From assembly GCF_006345805.1 (NCBI RefSeq), contig NW_021836090.1, positions 1-37,374 on the forward strand: a DNA stretch of 37,374 nt. The letters are read 5' to 3'. The position numbers and the translations under genes were made by a program. This stretch comes from Octopus sinensis (Eukaryota). A model generated the notes under the pieces. The model was given only the letters and a program-made list of their open reading frames with translations. It made no database searches and was not told where the DNA came from. Of this stretch, positions 12,870 to 24,570 are shown piece after piece. How positions within the stretch are numbered: position 1 is the first letter of the stretch; each line of letters opens with the position of its first letter.

Positions 12870-13343
12870 CGCAATCTGCGTGACCTCCTGGTCCACAGCA
12901 CCCTCTCTCCTTCCCCCTCAGCCCCACACGGATCATTCCCTTGCTCTAGATCCCGCTGCAACACTTGCCCCTTCATCACCAACACCACCGCTGTCACCGG
13001 CTCCAACCAGCATACTGTACGCATTAGGCACTCTTTTACGTGCACCTCGTCTGGCCTTATTTACTGCATTAAATGCAACCTATGCGGGATGCTGTATGTA
13101 GGACAGACGGGACGCCGGTTGTCCGACCGTTTCACTGAACACTTGAGGGACGTTCGCCTACACTCTTTTTCTCCCGTCGCACGCCACTTCCGCTCGGCCG
13201 GCCATTCCCTAGATGACATCTCAGTGTTTGGTCTCGCCCCCCACAATGGTCGCCCACTTTCCAGGCTCCACTTGGAGCAACGCTACATCTTCACCCTACA
13301 AACTACCACCCCACACGGACTTAACACAGCCCCCTCCTCTTGA
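12870..13343 (+). mobile_element. Penelope-like element 3' fragment: Cys-rich linker + GIY-YIG endonuclease (Neptune-like)
   Basis: Open frame RNLRDLLV..CSRSRCNTC..FTCTSSGLIYCIKCNLCGMLYVGQTGRRLSDRFTEH..PVARHF..HS..RLHLEQRYIFTL..PHGLN to stop at 13343. IYC..YVG-T-R, RF-EH, R..E and GLN motifs are typical of PLE GIY-YIG; no RT portion or start codon upstream. Confidence 0.9.
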
Positions 13344-16020
13344 GATCCGCTTTTTTTTTTCCCGGATACACCACCCACACACACCCACCCACCTACCTCC
13401 CACACGCCTGTTCACACACACACATACGTAGACCCATCTACGTACATACATTCACACATTTAATCACACACACTTATAGACATACATGCACACACTAACA
13501 TACAAACCAACATACACATACACACACACATACATACATACACACACATACATACTTACACACACACACACACAGACATACATACACACATACATACACA
13601 CATACATACGCACATACATACACACACACTCACACACACACACCGCACGTACATACTTCACACACACACACATGCACACATACATGTAGGCACACACATA
13701 CGTACATACCCACACATGCACACACTTACACTGAAAGCACACACGCATACACCTTTTTGCATCCAGGCAGCCCCCCCTCTTTTCTGCTTTCCGGTTTTGG
13801 CTGATGGATCATCGGTTCCCGCGTAGCGGGGCGTTCGAGGGCCTTTGCGCTCGCGCGCCTTGGCGCGCGCTGGGGGCTTGGTCGGCCCCTTGGGCTTGCG
13901 TTGTACTGCTTGTGCGTTGTGTGCGTGAGCGCGCTTCGTGTGTGTGGCTTGCTTCGGATGTGCGCGTGCGTATGTATGCATACATACCCACACACTCGCA
14001 TGCATCCCTACCCACATACATACACGCACACCTACTCACACACACACATACACACACCACAACCCGCACAGACAGCACAACATACATACATACACACACA
14101 TACACACAATACTACTTCAGACATACACACACCATCACATACACACCCATAACCTCACCTCACACGCATACACACACCACATACACACGCACACGTACAC
14201 TACACACACCCACACACCTACATACATACATTACACACTTGTACACACACACACACTTACATTCATACACCACACACCTACACAGCCATACCCTCACTCA
14301 GACACACACACCTACCTACACACACACACAAAACACACACAGACACAACACCCATACATACATACATCTACACACACACACCTACACACATACATACACA
14401 CAATACATAAACACAACACACACATACACATACACACACATACGCACACACACATATACTTATACACATGCACACACACCCACATACTACATACACCCAT
14501 ACACAGACACACACACATACCTACCATCCTCTATACCCAATACATACACACAGACATACACACATACACACTCACACAAACATACACACATACACACATA
14601 CTTACCACACACTCACCTGCACGCGCACACACATGCATGACAAACACCCATACGCACACTCACATCCGCACCCACCAACATAAACCGCACACCACACACA
14701 CACCTACACTCCCACACCATACACACGCACCTACATAACACACACGCACGCATACACACGCACCACACACGCATACCACACATTACAACACACGTACACA
14801 CACACCTACATACACATGCATACACACACACACACACAACAACATGCACGGACAACCCCCAGACAATACATACATACACCCTATATACCCACGCCCACAC
14901 ACCCCTACATACACACACACATATACACACGCCCACACCCCTACATACACACACATACACGGACACCACCCATACATACTTACATACATACACCTATACA
15001 CACACCGCCTACACACCTACATACACACACACATGCATACCACACACCCATTACGCACATACACACCCATATACGCACATACATATATACCCACACACAT
15101 GCCCACACACCACAATCGCACATGCTGCATGCATGCCACACGCGCACACTACACGCATACACACACACACACGCACGTACACATACATACATACACCACA
15201 ACATACATACACCCATACACATACATGCAACCTACACACACATACATACACACTCACACATACATACACACACACACTCACTCACACACCTGTATGTACG
15301 CGCACAACACAATGTACATACACACACTTCCCACACACCCACACGTACATAACATACACACTCATACACATACACACACACAACACACGGACATACATCT
15401 ATGCACACACATATATACACACATACTCACATACTTCATCGGACACCACTGACACCCAGACATACTCACAGACACACTCACACATCCACACACATACATA
15501 CTTACGCGCATACTCGCGCAGGCGCGCGCACACACGCGCTTGCGCCGTTTCGCGCACGCATACGCGCCGCATGCACACACCTCGCTCGGGGACCCGACGA
15601 GACCTCCCGCTCGTTCCTGGGACCGTCGCTTGTCGTTGGGTTTTTCCCACGCTCGTCTCCGCGGGACCACTCTTCCCATCTTCCCCTCAGCTGTAGTCCC
15701 TTTTTCCTTAACCCCCCCTTTTTTTGTTACAACACACGCGCACACATATACACACATTGCTTAAATATATACTCCATTACTCTTACACACACATTCAATC
15801 TACTCTCGCCACTAATACTACCATGACACTGGACACACACAACACTACTACTCAACCCACACGCTGGCACGCTACATACGCCCCCACCCCTTCCCCCCTC
15901 CCTTCCCTCCTTCTCTTTCCTTCCTTCTTTCTCACTATACTGACCACTGTCTGCTTGCCTACTACTGTCTCGCCCTACCTCACACGCCTACACACAGACG
16001 CACACACTCACACATACAAC
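13344..16020. repeat. Irregular CA/TACA-rich tract with two GC-rich scrambled islands
   Basis: Aperiodic CA repeats; islands at about 13745-13990 and 15500-15720. Confidence 0.8.
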
Positions 16021-16029
16021 ACACATCTG

Positions 16030-16325
16030 TTGCGTTAACCAACCTTGTCTCCATCTTTGGCGTTAAAAACCTACTTTGCTCTTGTTATCGTAAACTTCCG
16101 CCTTTCACCATGTGTACTCGTAAACACCAGCGTTTTTTTTTTCTCTATCCCTGTTGCCCCGCTTGGGATCTTTCTTTCTCTCTCTCTTCCTTCTTTATGT
16201 TTCCGACGAAGAGCTCCGCTTGAAACGTCCATACCCTCCTGCTTCCATTTCCTGAGCGCCTATTAATAATAATACTGTAATTGTTCCATTGTTGTGTTTT
16301 TTTGTTTTCCCGTTTGGATTAAATT
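16030..16325 (+). mobile_element. Penelope-type pseudo-LTR segment with decayed minimal hammerhead (16195-16233)
   Basis: CCGACGA-A-GAGC-TCC-GCTT-GAAAC-GTC (16203-16229); U4>C in the core and stem I imperfect; pyrimidine-rich flanks ending in (TA)n. Confidence 0.6.
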
Positions 16326-16392
16326 ATATATAAATATATATATATATATGAATGTGCATGTATATATTATATATATCGGATGGATGTGTATG

Positions 16393-16424
<32 letters not shown>

Positions 16425-16426
16425 TA

Positions 16427-16469
<43 letters not shown>

Positions 16470-16547
16470 TCATATATAATATACATAATCAGAGACACGC
16501 AACGCACACACACATACCACACAACACGTGCGCGAGCGCATATACAT

Positions 16548-16755
16548 CTTGTATTTGTTTTGTTTCCGTCATTTAATTGTGGCCATGCTTGGGCACTTCC
16601 TCGAAGAATTTTAACCGGCTGAATCGATCCCAGTACCATTTTTTAAGGATTGGTGCTTATTCTATCTGTGTCTTTTACCGAAGTTCTAATTTACGGAGGA
16701 CGTAAACACACCATCACCGGTTGTCAGGCGGTGGCTGGAGACAAACCACAGACAT
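16548..16755 (-). mobile_element. Older, diverged family-A SINE 3' half
   Basis: GTTTCCGTCATTTAATTGTGGCCATGCTTGGGCAC..CTTATTCTATC..GACGTAAACACACC matches the family-A tail. Confidence 0.7.
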
Positions 16756-16791
16756 AAAGCCCCATACATGTATACATACACATATATACAT

Positions 16792-16870
<79 letters not shown>

Positions 16871-16919
16871 ATATATATCTATATATATATTGTTTTGTGA
16901 CCCCCCCCTAGGTCATGAA

Positions 16920-17099
16920 TGACCATGGGATTGCGCCTAGAAAAGTTACCCTCCCAGGCACAAGTCCGGGCAAGGTTGTTTATGGAAGACCAGCAGTCAC
17001 CCATGCATACCAGTCTCCCCTCTCCACGCCACCGATGTTATCCAAGGGGAAGGCAAAGGGGCCGATACAGCTTGGCACCAGTGACTTCGCAGCTCATTT
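16920..17099 (-). mobile_element. Putative family-D SINE 3' part, cut by a family-C insertion
   Basis: Non-microsatellite block GACCATGGGATTGCGCCTAG..GCTTGGCACCAGTGAC..CTCATTT abutting the SINE C tail; classification is from recall only. Confidence 0.35.
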
Positions 17100-17372
17100 A
17101 TTAACTTGCAAGTGGCTGAGCACTCCACAGACACGTGTACCCTTAACGTAGTTCTCGGGGGAGATTCAGCGTGACACAGAGTGTGACAAGGCTGGCCTTT
17201 TGAAATACAGGTACAACAGAAACAGGAAGAAAGAGTGAGAGAAAGAGTACAGAAGGAGCCTCGTGGAGCTTTAGGTGTTTTCGCTCAATAAACGATCACA
17301 ACGCCCGGTCTGGGAATTGAAACTGCTATCCTACGACCGCGAGTCCACTGCCCTAACCACTGGGCCATTGCG
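17100..17372 (-). mobile_element. SINE family C with internal deletion
   Basis: Reverse complement of 29508-29889 lacking the central CTCCGGCAGG..CACCACAAC segment and the distal tail. Confidence 0.85.
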
Positions 17373-17616
17373 ATTCTTTCTGTTTCTCACAAGGCTTATT
17401 GTCTTTGCATTGCATCTCTGTTGATATCTGTGTGTGTGTGTGTGTTTGTATTAAGAAACATGTGTGCGCGATAGTTAATGAAATTGAAATCCATTCTATG
17501 GTTGCATGCAACAAGTAATCCGAGCAGATTGTAGCGCTCCTCATGGGATATGTGCGTGAATATATATGTGTATATATATATATATATATATGTATGTTAT
17601 ATACACACACACACAC

Positions 17617-17673
<57 letters not shown>

Positions 17674-17685
17674 CACCATATATAT

Positions 17686-18082
17686 ACTCTCTCTTTTACT
17701 TGTTTCAGTCATTTGACTGCGGCATGCTGGAGCACCGCCTTTAGTCGAGCAAATCGACCCCGGGACTTATTCTTTGTAAGCCCAGTACTTATTCTATCGG
17801 TCTCTTTTGCCGAACCGCTAAGTGACGGGGGGCGTCGTAAACACACCAGCATCGGTTGTCAAGCAATGCTAGGGGGACAAACACAAGATACACAAACACA
17901 TACACATATATATACATATATACGACAGGCTTCTTTCAGTTTCCGTCTACCAAATCCACTCACCAGGCATTGGTCGGCCCGAGGCTTCGAGAAGACACTT
18001 GCACACACGCCAAGATTGCCACGCAGTGGGACTGAACCGGAACCATTGTGGTTGGTTAGCAAGCTACTTACCACACAGCCAC
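17686..18082 (-). mobile_element. SINE family A
   Basis: Homology with other family-A copies. Confidence 0.88.
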
Positions 18083-18173
18083 ATATATGTATACACACAC
18101 ACACACACACACACACTCATATATTCACACACATATCCCATGAGGAGATATATTCCTATATATATATATATAT

Positions 18174-18565
18174 TCTTTTACTCTTTCTTTTACTCTTTTA
18201 CTCTTGTTTCAGTCATTTGACAGCGGCCTTGCTGGAGTACTGCATTTACTCGAGCACATCGACTCCAGAACTTGTTCTTTGTAAGCCTAGTACTTATTCT
18301 ATCGGTCACTTATGCCGAACCGCTAAGTTACGGGGACGTAAACACACCAGCGTCGGTTGTCAAGCGATCGTGGGCGGACAAACACGGACACACACACACA
18401 CACACACACACACACGACGGGCTTCTTTCAGCTTCCATTTACCAAATCCACTCTCGGCCCGAGGCAACAGTAGAAGACACTCGCCCAGGTTGCTACGCAG
18501 CAGGACTGAACCCGGAACCATGTGGTTGGTTATGAAGCTACTTACCACACAGCCACTCCTGAGCC
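18174..18565 (-). mobile_element. SINE family A
   Basis: Homology with other family-A copies; short internal deletion. Confidence 0.88.
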
Positions 18566-18573
18566 TATATGAG

Positions 18574-18614
<41 letters not shown>

Positions 18615-18759
18615 CTCTTTCTCTTTTCATATATGTGTGTGCGTATGCGTGTGTATATGCTTGTGTAAGTGCAAGTCTGTGTGTGTGTGTATGTGCGATT
18701 ACATCATAAGATATCTGTCAACCGTTAAACCATTACAAAATTTCTTCAGTAGCTCATAC

Positions 18760-18834
18760 CCTGGAGACTAAACAGAAGCCGCAGCAACTCAAATCTTCAA
18801 CCGAAAACTGCGCCGTTGGGTTCTCATAATCTAA
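18760..18834 (-). CDS. Candidate small exon (75 nt, or 71 nt with the TAG acceptor)
   Basis: Minus strand: pyrimidine tract TTTCTTCTTTTACTCATC, acceptor CAAG| or TTAG|, donor CAGG|GTATGA; single open frame LDYENPTAQFSVEDLSCCGFCLVSR. Not recognised. Confidence 0.22.
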
Positions 18835-19129
18835 CTTGTGGCGTACAAATGATGAGTAAAAGAAGAAATATTGCGATTAGTGGAAACTTCCTCATTGCGG
18901 CAAACATGGTTCCATAGTACTAATTACGGTTCATTAGGAGTAAATTACAAAGATAATCACGTGTCGCGGTCTTCTTCCAGTTTCTGTCTACCAAATCCAC
19001 TAACAAGGCTTTGATCACCCTCGGCTACAGCAGAACATTTGCCCATCGCATATATATATTATATATATATTATATATATATATACATACATACATACACA
19101 CACATACATACAATACATATAATATATAT

Positions 19130-19167
<38 letters not shown>

Positions 19168-19250
19168 TATATATATAAAAAATATGCACATATGTATATA
19201 TATATATACATACATATGCATATATATACTTATATATATATATATACATA

Positions 19251-19323
<73 letters not shown>

Positions 19324-19520
19324 GATATGTGTGTGTGTGTGTTGTGTGTATATATTATAAATTGCCCGTGACGAAAAATGCTCCTCCAGTACTGTTCTGA
19401 CGTCGTCTACTGAGTTCATATTTTTCCCGTCCAAATGATTTTATATATATAATTTATATATTTATATATTTATAAATATAATTTATATATATGTATATAA
19501 TAATAATATTTGTTAATTTA

Positions 19521-19571
<51 letters not shown>

Positions 19572-19572
<1 letters not shown>

Positions 19573-20485
19573 TGGGTCTTCCTATAAATAATGCAGTTTT
19601 TTTCAATTGCATGAACTAAAAGTCGGAGGGGGACGGGATAAACTACCTGCATCAAATTGCTGTACAAACAGGTAGTAATTTTACCTTGTGCTTATTCTTA
19701 GTGCAGGATTTTAAGAGTGCAGTTCGATTTTAACAGTTATTTTTTCAAAGCTATAATGTACGTGACAAAGGAGTATATTCGGCATATTTTGATTTATGTG
19801 TTCCATAAACCCCACAACGCAACGGAGAGTGCAAGGAATATCAAATCAGTATATTGGGATCGGACAATAAGCGTAAGCATATCTCAACGGTGGTTCCAGA
19901 AATTCAGAGCCGGAAACTACAGCCTAGAATACGAGCCTCGTCTGTAGAGCTGAACGAGGACGTCCTGCAAGCTCTGGTGGAACAAAGTGCCATCGAAACT
20001 GTTGAAGAATTAGCAGAGAAGCTTGGGGTTTGTCGTTCAACCATTCATCGACATCAGCGCTAGAAGAGAAAAGACCATCTTTGGTTTGAAGACGAAAGTC
20101 GTTCTTCCATCAGGATAATGTTCGGCCACATACAGCGTGGATGACATTTCAAAGGTTGGAACAGTTTGAATAGGAAACGATGCCCCACCCACCATATTCG
20201 CCGGTCATTACCCCATCTGACTATCAGTTATTCTACAGTCTTCAAAATCATTTGGACGGAAAAAATATGAACTCAGTAGATGAGGTCAGAAAAGTACCGG
20301 TGGAGTATTTTTCGTCACGGGCAAGTGAATTTTGGAAGAGGGGCCTTGCAGGTCTACCAGATAGATGGAAGAGCAGTGTAGACAATGAAGGAGAGTATAT
20401 TCTTGATTTAAAAAGCACTTTGTTTATCATAAATTAAAAAAATAAAAGAAGTATAAAAAACTGCATTATTTATGGGATGACCCAA
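19572..20485 (+). mobile_element. Internally deleted mariner (DD34D) transposon, non-functional
   Basis: ~30-bp TIRs TTGGGTCTTCCTATAAATAATGCAGTTTTTT / AAAAAACTGCATTATTTATGGGATGACCCAA, each flanked by TA. Fragments: HTH (YIRHILIYVFH..NATESARNI..QRWFQKFRAGNYSLE), HQDNVRPH and HPPYSPVITPSD with 34 codons between the two Asp; stops and frameshifts; first catalytic Asp region missing. Confidence 0.95.
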
Positions 20486-20598
20486 TATTTATTTATTTAC
20501 ATGTGTGTGTATATATATTTATATATATTTATTTATATCTGTACATGTTTGTATATATATATATATCTTATCAAAACTAACTATTTCTTAACCATACT

Positions 20599-20631
20599 CC
20601 GATGAAGGGATATAATAAATATCCTGGAAAC
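20599..20631 (+). ncRNA. Truncated/decayed hammerhead-like motif
   Basis: CCGATGA-A-GGGATAT-AATAA-ATATCCT-G-GAAAC, then cut by a family-B SINE head (TAGGCGGCGAGCTGGCAG) before stem III. Confidence 0.45.
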
Positions 20632-21087
20632 TAGGCGGCGAGCTGGCAGAAACGTTAATCGAAGACTGTTTGATTTCGTTATTTTTCTTCTTTTGCCTGT
20701 GTGAGTTACAAATATCTGTGGAGTAATTTCTGTAGTAAAAAGGAATAAGCTGTCTTTGGCTGCTATTTCTAAATGTTCGGTATGTTGCTTAACCTTTAAT
20801 TATATATATATATATATATATGGTTGTTATATAATTGTATATTATACAATTATACAATTATATATAATTGTATATTATACAATTAATTATATAATAAAAT
20901 GCTAAACCAAAAGTAGTCCCCAAGAGTAGGGGGCCCTAACCACCAGGACGTAGATCATCTGGTCCCAAGCCGCACACAAAAAATTTAATCTAACTTGTAT
21001 TTTATTAATTATCGCAGTCAAGAGGGCGTTTCTGCATCATATATGTATTATATATGTAGCATATATATATATATATATAATGATTAA

Positions 21088-21188
21088 ATTACAAGGTGGG
21101 TACTGAAAAGTTCCTAGGTTTAAGGGTGTCGCGAAAGCCCTGGTTGGAGGCCCAGCTTTCTGGGGTCTTTTACAGGGCTTAGAAAAAG
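21088..21188 (+). mobile_element. Possible mariner-derived MITE left end
   Basis: TACAAGGTGGGTACTGAAAAGTTCC resembles mariner TIR starts; TTACAGGGCTTAGAAAAA (LQGLEK) resembles a transposase C-terminus; no matching right TIR in the window. Confidence 0.35.
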
Positions 21189-21209
21189 CCCGGTTCGAAA
21201 TTTCCCCGA

Positions 21210-21255
21210 GACACCTGATGAAGGCTGAAGGGTATATCAGCCGAAACGTTGTGTT
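21210..21255 (+). ncRNA. Minimal type I hammerhead ribozyme (Penelope/retrozyme type), core intact
   Basis: GACAC-CTGATGA-A-GGCTGA-AGGGTATA-TCAGCC-GAAAC-GTT-GTGTT: 5-bp stem I, intact core, 6-bp stem II, palindromic ACGT stem III without loop, GUU cleavage triplet. Confidence 0.85.
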
Positions 21256-21487
21256 AACAACAAACAAGCTGATGACAAATATCCGTCAAATGTAAATAAA
21301 TAATGTAAATTATGGAATAATGGTTTTACATTGGGGGTTGCGTTCTATGCCCTGACCCGAGCATAGAACGGGGCTCGCCTCTTTGAACTGGGAAATGGAT
21401 GGAATTCCTGGTGTGTGTCTTGTTGTGGCTAACCCCTCGTAAAAAATGGAAAATAGGCCTGGGTATATATAATACATTTTGGAAGGG

Positions 21488-21679
21488 AGCCAGCAGTTTT
21501 GAGGGGAAGGTAAGTCGATTACATCGATCTCAGTATTTGACTGATACTTTATTTTATCGACCCCGAAAGGTTGGAAGGTAAAGTGGCCCTTAGTGGAATG
21601 TTGAACTCAGAACATAAAGACGAACGAAATGCCGCTAAGCATTTTGTCCGGCGTGCTAACGATTCTACCAGCTCGCCGG
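21488..21679 (-). mobile_element. SINE family B, tail type 2
   Basis: Full head (CGGCGAGCTGGTAGAATCGTTAGCACGCCGG on minus) and core. Confidence 0.85.
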
Positions 21680-21784
21680 AATAATATTATTTTTGAGGAG
21701 GAGGCCAGGCGATTAGATCGACCCCATTACGCAGGTGGTACTTAATTTATCGACCCCGAAAGGAGGAAAGGCACGGAATAATAA

Positions 21785-21989
21785 TAATATTGATTTTAGA
21801 ATTTGGCACAGGGCTAGCAATTTTGGGGTAGTGACTAAGACGATTACATCGACCCCAGTGTTTAACTGGTACTTATTTTATTGATCCCGAAAAGATGAAA
21901 GGCAAAGTCGACCTCGGCGGAATTTTGAATTCAGAACGTAAAGACGAACAAAATGCCGCTAAGCATTTTGCCCGGCGTGCTAACGATTC
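21785..21989 (-). mobile_element. SINE family B, tail type 2, abutting the tandem array
   Basis: Core plus GTGCCAAATTCTAAAATCAATATT tail; head clipped at 21989. Confidence 0.85.
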
Positions 21990-23839
21990 TTATCTCTTTA
22001 TTGCCCACAAGGGGCTAAACACAGAGGGGACAAACAAGGACAGATAAACGAATTAAGTCGATTACAACGATCCCAGTGCTGAACTGGTACTTAATTTATC
22101 GACTCCGAAAGGATGAAAGGCAAAGTCGACCTCGGCGGAATTTGAACTCAGAACGTAACGGCAGACGAAATACCGATTTCTTTACTACCCACAAGGGGCT
22201 AAACACAGAGGGGACAAACAAGGACAGATAAACGGATTAATTCGATTACATCGACCCCAGTGCGTAACTAGTACTTAATTTATCGACCCCGAAAGGATGA
22301 AAGGCAAAGTCGACCTCGGCGGAATTTGAACTCAGAACGTAACGGCAGACGAAATACCGATTTCTTTACTACCCACAAGGGGTTAAACACAGAGAGGACA
22401 AACAAGGACAGACAAACGGATTAAGTCAATTACATCGACCCAGTGCGTAACTAGTACTTAATTTATCGACCCCGAAAGGATGAAAGGCTAGGTCGACCTC
22501 GGCGGAATTTGAACTCAGAACGTAACGGCAGACGAAATACCGATTTCTTTACTACCCACAAGGGGCTAAACACAGAGGGGACAAACAAGGACAGACAAAC
22601 GGATTAAGTCGATTACATCGACCCCAGTGCGTAACTAGTACTTAATTTATCGACCCCGAAAGGATGAAAGGCAAAGTCGACCTCGGCGAAATTTGAACTC
22701 AGAACGTAACGGCAGACGAAATACCGATTTCTTTACTACCCACAAGGGGCTAAACACAGAGGGGACAAACAAGGACAGACAAACGGATTAAGTCGATTAC
22801 ATCGACCCCAGTGCGTAACTAGTACTTAATTTATCGACCCCGAAAGGATGAAAGGCTAGGTCGACCTCGGCGGAATTTGAACTCAGAACGTAACGGCAGA
22901 CGATATACCGATTTCTTTACTACCCACAAGGGGTTAAACACAGAGAGGACAAACAAGGACAGACAACCGGATTAAGTCAATTACATCGACCCAGTGCGTA
23001 ACTAGTACTTAATTTATCGACCCCGAAAGGATGAAAGGCAAAGTCGACCTCGGCGGAATTTGAACTCAGAACGTAACGGCAGACGAAATACCGATTTCTT
23101 TACTACCCACAAGGGGTTAAACACAGAGAGGACAAACAAGGACAGACAAACGGATTAAGTCAATTACATCGACCCAGTGCGTAACTAGTACTTAATTTAT
23201 CGACCCCGAAAGGATGAAAGGCAAAGTCGACCTCGGCGGAATTTGAACTCAGAACGTAACGGCAGACGAAATACCGATTTCTTTACTACCCACAAGGGGT
23301 TAAACACAGAGAGGACAAACAAGGACAGACAAACGGATTAAGTCAATTACATCGACCCAGTGCGTAACTAGTACTTAATTTATCGACCCCGAAAGGATGA
23401 AAGGCTAGGTCGACCTCGGCGGAATTTGAACTCAGAACGTAACGGCAGACGAAATACCGATTTCTTTACTACCCACAAGGGGCTAACACAGAGGGGACAA
23501 ACAAGGACAGACAAACGGATTAAGTCGATTACATCGACCCCAGTGCGTAACTAGTACTTAATTTATCGACCCCGAAAGGATGAAAGGCAAAGTCGACCTC
23601 GGCGGAATTTGAACTCAGAACGTAACGGCAGACGAAATACCGATTTCTTTACTACCCACAAGGGGCTAAACACAGAGGGGACAAACAAGGACAGACAAAC
23701 GGATTAAGTCGATTACATCGACCCCAGTGCGTAACTAGTACTTAATTTATCGACCCCGAAAGGATGAAAGGCTAGGTCGACCTCGGCGGAATTTGAACCC
23801 AGAACGTAAAGACAGACGAAATACTGCTAAGCATTTTTC
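21990..23839 (-). repeat. Tandem array of ten 183-184-bp family-B1 SINE units
   Basis: Junction TACCG at 22171, 22355, 22538, 22722, 22906, 23089, 23272, 23455, 23638; partial head (GCTAAGCATTT) at 23822-23839. Confidence 0.97.
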
Positions 23840-24570
23840 CGCCTTAATGCACGGAATAATATCATTGGAGTGATTTAGATTAACTCTCATGCAGAGTCCC
23901 TTGGGAATTTGCAAGTCTGCCTTCATAGAGTTAAGGAGAAGAAGAAATAGGTTTGTTTTTAGACAAATTATATATCTACCTTTATTTACTTGCACTCATG
24001 GGGGCAAATGGCCAGAGGAAATAACAGCCACGCCCATCTAAATGGATAAAAATGCATAAATCATATAACAAAAGAATGGACAAGAAAATATCGAACAGAA
24101 ATAGTGAAAAGGAAAAGAATAAAATTAACGCCATTTTCATTAACAATGCCGTTAGTATATAGAGACTTAGCAACTTTGTTGGCAACGACGTCGTCAGCAA
24201 CAAAACACTCGCATATAGATACACCCATTTACTGACCGAGAAATGCATAAATGGAGACAGTTTTGTTGAAATTGTCTCCGACATCGAAAATTTGGATACG
24301 GTCAAACAATTTAAAACAGAACTGTAGGAAAATTGTTAAAAGGGATTATATCTCTTTGTCATAAGCTTCTTTTCTGAGCGTGAAACAATTAAAATGGACC
24401 TACCTTTGCCTCTAAAGAGAAGCTGTTTCTTTTTGGCCTTAAGGGAACACATAATGGAAGCTCTATTATTGTTTTCTAGACTAACATTTTGTCGATGGGA
24501 AACAGCAAAGCTTAATTTTTTAAGGCCGAAAGCAATGGGTAGTGAAGTGCAGAGATGTGCTTTGCAACAT

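Noticed and set aside
17566-18771. 401-aa ORF
   Set aside because: Antisense read-through of two family-A SINEs and microsatellites.
21990-23839. CRISPR-like array
   Set aside because: Whole units are near-identical with no unique spacers, are SINE-derived, and there are no cas genes; eukaryotic context.
24020-24330. Possible exon (QPRPSKW..FKTEL on plus; 107-aa ORF on minus)
   Set aside because: In-frame stop on plus, AT-rich compositional ORF on minus, no clear splice pair, no recognisable protein.
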